Below are positions 9,322 through 18,443 of a stretch of 64,000 bases of DNA, one piece after another. The stretch spans positions 20,761 through 84,760 of the forward strand of contig CBFDDH010000006.1 in the NCBI GenBank assembly GCA_965603515.1, in the 5' to 3' direction. Under the pieces are notes generated by a model, which saw nothing but the letters and a program-made list of their open reading frames with translations, was not told where the DNA came from and made no database searches. This stretch comes from an uncultured bacterium (GTDB lineage: Bacteria; Hydrothermota; Tepidihabitantia; SM23-42). The number at the start of each line of letters is the position of its first letter. Position 1 is the first letter of the stretch. Position numbers and translations under genes: made by a program.

Positions 9322-10095
9322 ATGATGAAAAACTTCAAAAGCATTTTCTATCTTATAATCACTGCAGCATTTCTGGTTCTAATTAGCTGCTGTTATGAAG
9401 GGTTTGATAATGAACCACCGGCAGTACCAAGAGGTTTGCATTCAATTACTGGGGATGAAGAGGTTATGTTGATCTGGTACGAGAATACTGAACCTGACCT
9501 TGCCGGATATCGTATTTATCGCAGTATAACACCGAGTGGCTATTATTATGAAATAGGTCAGACCAACCTTGATTACTTCTTGGATTTCGGTTTATTAAAC
9601 GGTCAGACTTATTATTATGCGATCGTAGCCTTTGATTATGATGGTAATGAGAGTGATTTATCTTATGAAATTGTCTATGATACTCCAAGACCAGAAGGTT
9701 ATAACGAACAGATCTTTGACTACTATGAATACCCGGATTATTCAGGTTGGTATTTCAGCGCATATTCAGTTGTTGCTTATGACCACCCATTGTGTGATTT
9801 TTATTATGGTTATGATGATATTAACGAAGTCCATTATCTTTATACTGGTCGATCTGATACCTGGATTCAGGATTTTGGTTATACTGAGTCACTTGATGAG
9901 ATAACCTATGCGCCCCAATATGGTTGGTCGACAACCGGTGTGGTTGAAGCGATCCTTGGTCATACCTATATTTTCTGGGTCTGGGATAACCACTTTGCAA
10001 AGGTCCGTCTTCGTGCGATAGGTCCTGATTATGTGATCTTTGACTGGGCGTATCAGATTGATCCAGGTAATCCAGAATTGGTGATAGGACAGTAA
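9322..10095 (+). CDS. Lipoprotein with fibronectin type III domain and HmuY-like C-terminal region
   Basis: Lipobox LISC; PPAVP.GL....GD..V.L.W....EPDLAGYRIYR...YYYAIVAFD..GNES; C-terminal GHTYIF..DNHFAKVR..VIFDWAYQ. Confidence 0.65.
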   Translation: MMKNFKSIFYLIITAAFLVLISCCYEGFDNEPPAVPRGLHSITGDEEVMLIWYENTEPDLAGYRIYRSITPSGYYYEIGQTNLDYFLDFGLLNGQTYYYAIVAFDYDGNESDLSYEIVYDTPRPEGYNEQIFDYYEYPDYSGWYFSAYSVVAYDHPLCDFYYGYDDINEVHYLYTGRSDTWIQDFGYTESLDEITYAPQYGWSTTGVVEAILGHTYIFWVWDNHFAKVRLRAIGPDYVIFDWAYQIDPGNPELVIGQ

Positions 10096-10096
10096 A

Positions 10097-10354
10097 ATGG
10101 GACCAATTGCACAATACTCAATGAACCCAACGGCAAAGAGATATGTTCTTGCCCGGAGCGTCAAGTATATTGTGAGAGAATTAAGGAAAGGGATGCTTGT
10201 TTTTGATCCAGATGAACTGATCCCAAGAATACTGGCAGTCGGTAGAAGCCGGGGTACACCTGACTTCGAACAAGCGGTTAAGGAACTTCTGGCTATTTTG
10301 GCCAAGAAAATCCCTTCTGCTGAATACTGCCAGGAGTTTGAGAAGTATATATAA
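10097..10354 (+). CDS. Small hypothetical cytoplasmic protein (85 aa)
   Basis: Fills the gap between operon genes exactly (1 nt after the upstream stop, 13 nt before the next start); amphipathic composition. Confidence 0.6.
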   Translation: MGPIAQYSMNPTAKRYVLARSVKYIVRELRKGMLVFDPDELIPRILAVGRSRGTPDFEQAVKELLAILAKKIPSAEYCQEFEKYI

Positions 10355-10367
10355 CAAGGAGGCAATA

Positions 10368-11429
10368 ATGAAACGTCTATTATTATTGGTATTAGCTGCC
10401 GTGCCATTATTTGCATTTACGGTTAACTTCATTTACAGCGACTATGATTATTATGAAGACGATTACTGGTATGATGAATACTGGGAAGACGATTACTGGT
10501 GTGACGGCTATTGGACCTATTACCCGCATGGGTACTACTGTGTCCATTATGTTTGGTGGTATCCATGGTGGTGGGATTCGTATTGGTGGAGGTGCCATTG
10601 GCATCATCACTTCCATTGGAATTTTTTCTACTCAGGTTTCTACGTTGTGTGGTATGACAGTGGTTGTTGGTGGTTCAGACCGCGCTATGGTCGCTGGGTG
10701 AGGTATAAGGTTCCACATTCGTATTATACCCTAAGATACCGGGCAAAACAACATGGTATCCACCTGCCTTCAAAACCACCACGCGAACTTAACATACCGT
10801 ATAAGGAAAATGAAATACGTAAACTCCTGAAGCAAGAAGATCCCGATCTCTTTAAGCGCGTTGAGAAAGAGCACAAGAGCGGAAATCTCGAGAAGATGAG
10901 AAAGGAATATGTTGTAAAAACTGAGAAGAAGATCGCTGTAAAAAACCAAGAATACAAGAAGTACGACCATAATAAAAAGACACAGTCGAAGACCAATGAG
11001 ACCAAGAAATCCTATAACTACTCTGCCAACAAGCGGATTGATGATAAATCGACGCAGAACTCAAAGACCAAGTACACCGAGGAAAAACACGATTATAATA
11101 AGAAATCTCAGTCACATATAACAAAGCGACCAAAGAATGGATCCGAATCAAGCAGAAAAGCACCGCCGGCATATTACTACGATGATGAGAAGAAGACGAA
11201 TAAGAAGCAGAGTAAAACAAAACGCCCGAATCAGTATGATGAGAAGAAGACAAATAAGAAGCAGGGCAATAATACCAAGCAAAAAAGTCCAGATTACTAT
11301 GAGAAAAAAGAACCGAGTCCACAAAAGAGTAATAATAAACAGACTCCCACGATGCAGAAGAGCAGTTCTTCGAATGAAAAAAAGAGCACAGATAATTACA
11401 AGTCAGGTGCTGTCAAAAGGAAGAGGTAA
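10368..11429 (+). CDS. Exported protein with Trp/Tyr/His/Asp-rich domain and long Lys/Asn/Ser-rich disordered tail
   Basis: SD AAGGAGG, signal peptide MKRLLLLVLAAVPLFA, ...YVWWYPWWWDSYWWRCHWHHHFHW..., repeated DEKKTNKKQ. Confidence 0.75.
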   Translation: MKRLLLLVLAAVPLFAFTVNFIYSDYDYYEDDYWYDEYWEDDYWCDGYWTYYPHGYYCVHYVWWYPWWWDSYWWRCHWHHHFHWNFFYSGFYVVWYDSGCWWFRPRYGRWVRYKVPHSYYTLRYRAKQHGIHLPSKPPRELNIPYKENEIRKLLKQEDPDLFKRVEKEHKSGNLEKMRKEYVVKTEKKIAVKNQEYKKYDHNKKTQSKTNETKKSYNYSANKRIDDKSTQNSKTKYTEEKHDYNKKSQSHITKRPKNGSESSRKAPPAYYYDDEKKTNKKQSKTKRPNQYDEKKTNKKQGNNTKQKSPDYYEKKEPSPQKSNNKQTPTMQKSSSSNEKKSTDNYKSGAVKRKR

Positions 11430-11431
11430 AC

Positions 11432-12052
11432 ATGTTTCTTGCGATACTCTTATCACTATTTACTATAGGCAATGCGCTCGATATCAATATCTGGGTTGAC
11501 AAAGAGGACGGCATTTACTACCCTAATGAGAAACTCACTGTCTACTTCCAGGTTGACCGCGACTGTTATCTCGCTGTTTATGATATCGAGACTGGGGGGG
11601 GAGCAAGTATGCTCTTCCCCCAGGAAGGGCACGACGGATGGGTTGAAGCTGGTCGAATATACCAACTACCCTCGGAGGATGCTGATTTTGATTATGTCGT
11701 TGGTGGATCTGAAGGTATTGAGACTATTATCGCAGTTGGGTCGATCGAGTGGCTACCTGATCTGGATGATGATGGTGTTGATGTGGTACATCAGTCAATC
11801 GAAATATATATTGAAGAACCTGAACCAGCTAAGCTGAGGATCATATCAACACCCAAACGGTGTCGGATTTACATAACTGAAGTAGCTTCTGGTAATGGCG
11901 TGTCTCTTGGTAAGACGCCGCGTACAATTGTTTTGAGGCCTGGTGAATACATCATCAAGATAAAGAAATTAGGCTATAAAACCCTGGTCCGGAGAATCTT
12001 GCTTGACCCACACGATATGAGACGAGTGTTCGTAAAATTGAGACCTTATTGA
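11432..12052 (+). CDS. DUF4384 + PEGA domain protein
   Basis: INIWVDK....Y..NE.LTVYF...RDCYL.VYDI...G....LFP; C-terminal IISTP...IYI...LGKTP...LRPGEY.IKIKK.GY. Confidence 0.8.
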   Translation: MFLAILLSLFTIGNALDINIWVDKEDGIYYPNEKLTVYFQVDRDCYLAVYDIETGGGASMLFPQEGHDGWVEAGRIYQLPSEDADFDYVVGGSEGIETIIAVGSIEWLPDLDDDGVDVVHQSIEIYIEEPEPAKLRIISTPKRCRIYITEVASGNGVSLGKTPRTIVLRPGEYIIKIKKLGYKTLVRRILLDPHDMRRVFVKLRPY

Positions 12053-12090
12053 CATGACAAATGATATGTTTATAATATAAGGAGAAAGAA

Positions 12091-12414
12091 ATGAAGCGAT
12101 ATATTATTCTAGTTTTCCTTGCAAGTTTGCTCTTTGGTGTCAAACCAGTACCGCGTAATAACGGTGATGATAAAGATAAAAAAACGAAGACTGAGAAGGT
12201 TATAAAGACCAGTAATAAAACAGAGAAGAAAGAAAAAGATCGTTTTATTGACAACAATGCCAATGGTGTTAATGACCAGCGTGAAAAAGATCTGCAGAAG
12301 ATCAAACAGCTGCATTCAAAGCACAAGAACCTGCTTAAGAAGAACAATAGCAAGAAAAACACGGAAGTAAAAACTTCCAAAAAGAAATTGTCAGATAAAT
12401 CGAAGAAAAAATAA
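12091..12414 (+). CDS. Small exported Lys-rich protein with DxNxNGxxD motif
   Basis: Own promoter TTGACA(12049)-N16-TATAAT and SD AAGGAG; signal peptide; FIDNNANGVND. Confidence 0.7.
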   Translation: MKRYIILVFLASLLFGVKPVPRNNGDDKDKKTKTEKVIKTSNKTEKKEKDRFIDNNANGVNDQREKDLQKIKQLHSKHKNLLKKNNSKKNTEVKTSKKKLSDKSKKK

Positions 12415-12432
12415 CTCGATGTAATCTATTCA

Positions 12433-12467
12433 GTAGCTGCTAAACGTAGTTTGCTGCGTTTAGCAGC
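12433..12467. terminator. GTAG-led hairpin between convergent genes (terminator/REP)
   Basis: gctgctaaacg...cgtttagcagc stem. Confidence 0.55.
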
Positions 12468-13596
12468 GCAAGCCAAACCATTTCAGCATTATCTTGGGCG
12501 ATGACAATAATATTTCTTTTACAAGCCGCCGCATATCTATGTCGTGGATGATTTTGCCGTCAAAGATCCTTTTGCCGATCTTGAAGACCTTATTCAATGT
12601 CTCGTCATCCAAGCGCCAGTATACATTGCGTACCTTTAAATGGAATTTTATTTCATTCAGGATATTCTTCTTGATTTCAGCATAGTACGAATCCTTTTGA
12701 CCTTTTATCCTGCGGACTGCATTTCGACCGGCAATAACCCCGGATTTTATACCATTGGTTATGCCCGCACCACTCAAAGGATCGGATAAACGTGCCGCAT
12801 CTCCGATGAGGTAAAAATTCTCACCGGCGATATGTTTAAAGACCGTTGATGGCACACCACCAAATGTTCTTTGTTTTATCACGCCATTTGGGAATTCCTT
12901 TTTTAACCATTGGTCCAGAAGATTTTTTGCGCTTTGTTTAGTTTTGATCGGTGATATGCCAAGACCGACATTGGCCGAAGTTTCTGATTTTGGAAATATC
13001 CAGGCATAGCCGCCCGGGGCATACTGGTGACCAAATATCAAGCTGGCATATCTATTGTCCACTTTAATATTTTCAATCACGTATTCAGCACAGACCGCAA
13101 TATTGGCTAAACCAAGTCTGGTGTCAACACCTAACCAAGAACCGATTCTTGATGCAATACCATCAGCACCGATTATGAATTTGAATCCATACTCAACTTT
13201 TGTGCCCTGATCAACGACTACTTTGTTGTCTTGTATACTGACTGCTTTGGCTGATGTTTTGACCAGAGCACCACGGGCTTTTGCCATGTCAGCAAGCGCG
13301 GCATCGAACTTCGTTCGATCGAGCACCCAGCCGCATTTCGGGTATTCAACTTTGAATTCATCACCAAAAGGGCCGCGGATGATCGCTCCATCCAAATCCT
13401 GAGATATCCATTCGCGCTTAATGTCAAGGTAGGGTTTGATCGTGGACATGGAAATGCCCTCAGCGCAGATGACTGGTTTACCGATTTGTGGATGTTCTTC
13501 AAGGAGGAGTACTGAGATGCCTTCATTGGCAGCGGTGTAAGCCGCGGCGCTGCCTGCAGGTCCTGCGCCGACTATGATAAGATCAAATTTCTCCAC
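12460..13596 (-). CDS. Geranylgeranyl reductase family (DGGR-like) FAD oxidoreductase
   Basis: GAGPAGS, P..CAEGI, DR.KFD..LA, IGADG, APGGYAWIFPK...ANVGLG, IGDAA...DPLSGAGI. Confidence 0.88.
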   Translation of the reverse strand: MEKFDLIIVGAGPAGSAAAYTAANEGISVLLLEEHPQIGKPVICAEGISMSTIKPYLDIKREWISQDLDGAIIRGPFGDEFKVEYPKCGWVLDRTKFDAALADMAKARGALVKTSAKAVSIQDNKVVVDQGTKVEYGFKFIIGADGIASRIGSWLGVDTRLGLANIAVCAEYVIENIKVDNRYASLIFGHQYAPGGYAWIFPKSETSANVGLGISPIKTKQSAKNLLDQWLKKEFPNGVIKQRTFGGVPSTVFKHIAGENFYLIGDAARLSDPLSGAGITNGIKSGVIAGRNAVRRIKGQKDSYYAEIKKNILNEIKFHLKVRNVYWRLDDETLNKVFKIGKRIFDGKIIHDIDMRRLVKEILLSSPKIMLKWFGLRC

Positions 13597-13615
13597 GGCA
13601 AAGCCCCTTTTTCCA

Positions 13616-14827
13616 CTAATCCTTCAGGTATTTCCTGTTTTTTAGATTCTCAGGCATATATTCTTGGCTGACCTTGGTGTTAGGATAATCATGCGGATAC
13701 TTGTAGTTTTTACCATAGCCAAGTTTCTTCATCAATCTGGTCGGCGCATTCCGGATATGCATGGGCACTGGTGCTGCCTGAGTTTCTAGTGCGTCTTGTT
13801 TTGCTGCTTCATATGCTAAATAGATTTCATTGCTCTTTGGCGCGCGGGCAAGATAGACCACACATTCGGCAAGTGCCAGGTCGCCTTCAGGGCGACCAAT
13901 GAAGTGCACGGCATCTTTTGCCGCGATCGCAACGACCAAGGCTTGGTGGTCTGCAGCGCCCACATCTTCGATTGCAAAACGAACGAGCCGGCGTGCAATG
14001 TACAGTGGATCTTCACCGGCTTCGAGCATACGAGCTAACCAGTACAGCGCAGCGTTTGCATTTGAACCCCTTAGTGATTTATGGAGAGCAGAAATGATAT
14101 TATAGTGTTCTTCACCCTGTTTGTCGTATTTCAGTGCCTTTTTCTGTACGATATCTTCTACGGTTTTGAGGTCGATATTGTCTCCGTGGGAGGCGAGCGC
14201 GGACAATTCCAGGGCATTGAGGGCTACCCTTGCGTCACCATCTGATATATCGGCGATGAAGTTCAGTCCGTCAGTGGTTAAGGTATACTTGTCGGCAAGT
14301 CCTTTTTCAGAATTCAGTGCCCGCTTTACGATCTTTATAATGTCATCAAAGCTCAGTGGGTTAACCATGTAGACTTTGACACGCGATAGAAGACTTGAAT
14401 TCAATTCAAATGATGGATTTTCAGTCGTTGCACCGATCAAGATAATCGAACCCTTTTCCACGTATGGTAGAAAAGCATCCTGCTGAGCTTTGTTAAAGCG
14501 ATGGATCTCATCGATGAAGACAATAGTTTCATGTCCGTATAAGTGTTTTTGCTCTTCTGCCTTCTTCATGAACTTCTTTATTTCGGTTATACTGCTCATA
14601 GCGGCAGAGAAGGAGATAAAATGAGCAGCGAATTGTTTTGCAAAAAGTTGGGCAATAGTCGTTTTACCACTACCTGGTGGTCCGAAAAAAACCATTGAAA
14701 AAAGTCGGTTTTTCTCGATCTGCTTTCTTATGGAACAGCCAGGTCCTAATAAGTGATCCTGACCAAGAACCTCCGCAAAACATACCGGTCTTATTCTATC
14801 TGCAAGCGGTGATTTGTCTATGTTCAC
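13616..14827 (-). CDS. rarA: Replication-associated recombination protein A
   Basis: PLADRIRP, GPPGSGKTT, FIDEIHRFNKAQQD, GATTENPSF, HYNIISALHKSLRGS, EDVG.AD, PKSN. Confidence 0.95.
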   Translation of the reverse strand: MNIDKSPLADRIRPVCFAEVLGQDHLLGPGCSIRKQIEKNRLFSMVFFGPPGSGKTTIAQLFAKQFAAHFISFSAAMSSITEIKKFMKKAEEQKHLYGHETIVFIDEIHRFNKAQQDAFLPYVEKGSIILIGATTENPSFELNSSLLSRVKVYMVNPLSFDDIIKIVKRALNSEKGLADKYTLTTDGLNFIADISDGDARVALNALELSALASHGDNIDLKTVEDIVQKKALKYDKQGEEHYNIISALHKSLRGSNANAALYWLARMLEAGEDPLYIARRLVRFAIEDVGAADHQALVVAIAAKDAVHFIGRPEGDLALAECVVYLARAPKSNEIYLAYEAAKQDALETQAAPVPMHIRNAPTRLMKKLGYGKNYKYPHDYPNTKVSQEYMPENLKNRKYLKD

Positions 14828-14830
14828 TGG

Positions 14831-15658
14831 TTATTGCTGGAGTATCAGGTAAAGATAAAAGAAAGGGATATTAAAGATCAATGAATCCATGCGATCCAGG
14901 AACCCGCCATGACCCGGGAATATCTTGGAGGAATCTTTGAGGTTCACTTCACGTTTCATGCCAGATTCAAAAAGGTCGCCGATCGTCCCCATTACACCAA
15001 TCCCTAAAGTTACTAATAATATATCTAAGTTATTGAATGAAGGGATCCACAATTTGCTCAGTAGATACGTGCAGGGAAGTAGTATAGGAAATGCGATCAA
15101 GGTTCCTTCCCAGGTTTTCTTAGGGCTTACTCTTTCTGATAGCGGATGTTTGCCGATTGCGCTACCAACAAGATAGGCAGAAGTATCATAGAGCCAGGTT
15201 AGAATAAGGGGCATGAGTGCTATAGTAAAGCCCATTTTCCTGAGTGGGATAAGGCTTGAGGGCAAGAGCGATAAATAGATGATACCAAAAATCGTGGCCG
15301 CACTCTCAGCTAAGAAATTAGGTTTGTAGCGTGCGCCTGGAAAGCGCATTACTGATAAGAGACAGACAAAAAAGAAAAATATTGAAAACGGTAGAAGCAA
15401 CGGTACTTCATAGTAAATCAGCAAAGGAATTGCGTATGCTGGCAAAAGCACAGCTAAAGTATGGGGATAGATATCTTTGCGGTGCCAGAATCTCAGATAC
15501 TCATTATTGGCAAAAGTGATGAATACTAGTAAGAAAAGGGGCAAAAATACCCGACCAAGATAGATAATGAGAAGTGTTACCGCGATCATGAAAAACCCAG
15601 TCAAAGTACGTTTCTTAAGATCACTTGATGCGGCCAAACAATCGCTCCCTTTTTTCAA
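14831..15658 (-). CDS. cdsA: Phosphatidate cytidylyltransferase
   Basis: DTSAY.VG, SPKKTWEG, GDLFES.MKR...KDS...PGHGGFLDRMDS. Confidence 0.93.
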   Translation of the reverse strand: MKKGSDCLAASSDLKKRTLTGFFMIAVTLLIIYLGRVFLPLFLLVFITFANNEYLRFWHRKDIYPHTLAVLLPAYAIPLLIYYEVPLLLPFSIFFFFVCLLSVMRFPGARYKPNFLAESAATIFGIIYLSLLPSSLIPLRKMGFTIALMPLILTWLYDTSAYLVGSAIGKHPLSERVSPKKTWEGTLIAFPILLPCTYLLSKLWIPSFNNLDILLVTLGIGVMGTIGDLFESGMKREVNLKDSSKIFPGHGGFLDRMDSLIFNIPFFYLYLILQQ

Positions 15659-16328
15659 AATCTTCTACTGCTTTAACAAATTCCTTTTTTCGGAAATCAG
15701 GCCAGAGTGTCTTTGTGAAGTAAACCTCAGTATAAGCGATTTGCCATAATAAGAAATTCGAAATCCGTTCTCTGTTTTCCGCGCCGGTTCTTATTAGAAG
15801 CTCGGGATCTGGTAACTCTGGATCATAGAGAAATCTGGTGAAATTCTCCTCTTTGAAATCTTCAAGATCTATTTTTTGATCACGGTCTTGTTCCACAATT
15901 TTCCTGACCGCATCCAGGATCTCACTACGTCCACTATAGCTCAAACAAAGGGTCAAAACGAGTCTTTTGTTATTTTTGGTTTTTTCGATAGCTTCTTCCA
16001 TAGCTTTTCTAGGTTTAGGGTAAAGCGTGCCGAGTCTGCCAATGGCATTGATCTTTACGTCATTTTTATGGAGTTCATCAGTCTCCTTCCGAATCATTTC
16101 TTCGAGCATTTCCATAAGAGTGTTTACTTCTTTTTCTGGTCTTTGCCAGTTTTCAGTTGAAAACGTATAGAGTGTCAAAAACTTGATGCCAAGATCCTTG
16201 GCCGCGTTGACAGTGGCTCTAACAGAATCGACACCTTGGCGATGACCAATGACCCGCGGTAAACCGCGTTTTTTTGCCCATCGACCATTCCCATCCATGA
16301 TTATTGCCACATGTTTTAAGCCAGACAT
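15621..16328 (-). CDS. uppS: Undecaprenyl diphosphate synthase (cis-prenyltransferase)
   Basis: HVAIIMDGNGRWA, FSTENW.RP, LLIRT, RISNFLLWQ; leaderless promoter at 16334-16361. Confidence 0.95.
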   Translation of the reverse strand: MSGLKHVAIIMDGNGRWAKKRGLPRVIGHRQGVDSVRATVNAAKDLGIKFLTLYTFSTENWQRPEKEVNTLMEMLEEMIRKETDELHKNDVKINAIGRLGTLYPKPRKAMEEAIEKTKNNKRLVLTLCLSYSGRSEILDAVRKIVEQDRDQKIDLEDFKEENFTRFLYDPELPDPELLIRTGAENRERISNFLLWQIAYTEVYFTKTLWPDFRKKEFVKAVEDFEKRERLFGRIK

Positions 16329-16447
16329 ACCATATTATATCTTAAAAAATAACCTAGTCAACAACTCACGAAGAGCTCTAAAAGCACTTTTTAAGTATCC
16401 TTTCACAAAACCCTTGACAAAGCTTGCTTCTTTCATATAATGATATG

Positions 16448-17371
16448 ATGATAGATTTCACCGACATTGTATTAGTTTCGAAAAGACACAACTTTTCACG
16501 TATTTTCAAGTTGCCGAAACATTCATTCATCATCACATCTGTGATCTTATTCGGTGTCATTGCTTCGACGGTTTTTCTTTCTTCATACAATGCACGCGAG
16601 ATATTCGTCGCGATGAGTGCGCGGAAGAGCGAATGTGATAATGAGTCGTTGCTCAGTAGATTGGATTCCTTGAATAATCTGGTTGCTTTAACACACCGGG
16701 ATTTTGACCGGCATATTGAACAGGATAATCGAGAAAGAACCTATTGGCAAATGGTGTTTGTCCATCCTGATGTCTGGTCGATGGGTATTGGAGGATCCGA
16801 TGCGAAAGCTCCAGAAAAAGCGCTTTCCGACCGTGCTAATGGTATCTTGAACCAATTGTATGAATCGCTTGATGTGCTGAAAGGGAAATGCGAATTGAGA
16901 GAAACAAGTCTAAATGACATCATTCAGAAAACGGAAAGTAAAGTATATCTCTGGTCACATATACCTTCGATTAACCCCGTACCTGGCCGTCGTCTCGGTT
17001 CAGGTTTTGGCTATCGTGTTGATCCGATCAATAAGAAGATGATCAAGATGCACTGGGGTTTAGATATCGGAGCGCCCCGCGGTACCGATATCCTTGCGTC
17101 GGCTGATGGTGTTGTTTCCTATACAGGCTGGAATCGCGGTTATGGCTTGTGTTTGGATATTGATCATGGTTTTGGTTTTAAGACACGGTATGCTCACTGC
17201 AACTGCATCCTTGTCAAGAAAGGCGATTTTGTAAAGCGGAGTCAGGTTATTGCTACAATCGGTGATACTGGGAGAACTACCTGTCCTCATCTCCACTACG
17301 AAGTCCACGTTTCCGGAGTGAAGGTTGATCCCAAGCCTTATATCGACCTATCTAGTGTAGTTGTTGATTAA
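16448..17371 (+). CDS. M23 family metallopeptidase
   Basis: TM + coiled coil, SGFGYR.DP, HWGLD, TRYAH, GRTTCPHLHYEV; start set 6 nt after TTGACA(16414)-N16-TATAAT. Confidence 0.88.
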   Translation: MIDFTDIVLVSKRHNFSRIFKLPKHSFIITSVILFGVIASTVFLSSYNAREIFVAMSARKSECDNESLLSRLDSLNNLVALTHRDFDRHIEQDNRERTYWQMVFVHPDVWSMGIGGSDAKAPEKALSDRANGILNQLYESLDVLKGKCELRETSLNDIIQKTESKVYLWSHIPSINPVPGRRLGSGFGYRVDPINKKMIKMHWGLDIGAPRGTDILASADGVVSYTGWNRGYGLCLDIDHGFGFKTRYAHCNCILVKKGDFVKRSQVIATIGDTGRTTCPHLHYEVHVSGVKVDPKPYIDLSSVVVD

Positions 17372-18398
17372 CATAAAAAAAACAAGAATCCTCATAACAT
17401 TCCTGCTTAGTGCAGGCGTTTTTTTTGCCGGTTCATTATCGGTTATTGCGGTTGGTGATATAATGATGGGTAGTGATTACCCGTCGAAAAACCTTCCATC
17501 TAACCAAGGCAGAGATCTATTCACGAAAATCGATTCAACGCTCATGGGCGCAGATCTGACCTTGGGTAATTTGGAAGGAACTTTGTTGACCGGCGGGGTA
17601 TGTACAAAAAAAGTCCAGAAGGGACGATGTTATGCTTTTCGGACGCCTCCTGGTTGGGCAGAGCATTTGTTGAATGCAGGATTCGATTTCATGAATCTTG
17701 CCAATAACCACATGAATGATTTTGGTGCTGGAGGCATAAAGGCAACGAAGAAGGCACTGAGCGATGTCGGGCTAACTTATGGCGGTGCCTACAGCGAGGT
17801 CGGTCAGTTTGAGATCAATGGAAATAAAGTGGCGATCGTTTCGTTCTCAACATCACCGAATACTAATTCAATATTCGAGATACCAAAGGCCCAGCGTATC
17901 GTTGCTGAGCAAGCAAAGCTCAATGACATAATCATTGTTTCCTTCCACGCTGGTGGCGAGGGTTTGAAGTTTCTCCACACCCGAGATACGTTTGAATATT
18001 TTATGGGTTGGCCAAGGGGTAATGTTGTTAAGTTCTCCAGGGCAGTGGTGGACAGTGGTGCTGATCTTGTCTGGGGGCACGGTCCGCATGTGCCTCGAGC
18101 AATGGAGATATACAATGATAGATTGATCACCTATAGCCTTGGTAATTTTTTTACATGGGGGTTTAACCTTGGCGATGAACGGGGTTATACGCCGATTCTG
18201 AAAGTTGTGCTCGATTCAACTGGTGTTTTCCAACATGGCAAGATCATCTCAGCGATCCAGAGGACATACAAATATCTTGTTCTTGATTCCCTGCACCGGG
18301 CAGCAAAACTGGTAAAAGAGCTTTCCGCTCAAGATTTCCCAGAATCAACCCCGATAATATCTGATCAAGGTATGATATACCCAAACATAAAAAAATAG
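17361..18398 (+). CDS. CapA (PGA_cap) family metallophosphatase-fold protein
   Basis: VGDIM, GNLEG, LANNH..DFG, SFH.G.E, GHGPHV, YSLGNF. Confidence 0.9.
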   Translation: MLINIKKTRILITFLLSAGVFFAGSLSVIAVGDIMMGSDYPSKNLPSNQGRDLFTKIDSTLMGADLTLGNLEGTLLTGGVCTKKVQKGRCYAFRTPPGWAEHLLNAGFDFMNLANNHMNDFGAGGIKATKKALSDVGLTYGGAYSEVGQFEINGNKVAIVSFSTSPNTNSIFEIPKAQRIVAEQAKLNDIIIVSFHAGGEGLKFLHTRDTFEYFMGWPRGNVVKFSRAVVDSGADLVWGHGPHVPRAMEIYNDRLITYSLGNFFTWGFNLGDERGYTPILKVVLDSTGVFQHGKIISAIQRTYKYLVLDSLHRAAKLVKELSAQDFPESTPIISDQGMIYPNIKK

Positions 18399-18443
18399 GC
18401 ATCAAGGACTGAAGTTTTTCGGTTAGCCTTTTATTTTTCAACG

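Noticed and set aside
10411-11499. Alternative-frame and antisense ORFs over low-complexity genes (also 38029-38569 and 49177-49581)
   Set aside because: Expected by-products of biased composition; no expression signals or motifs
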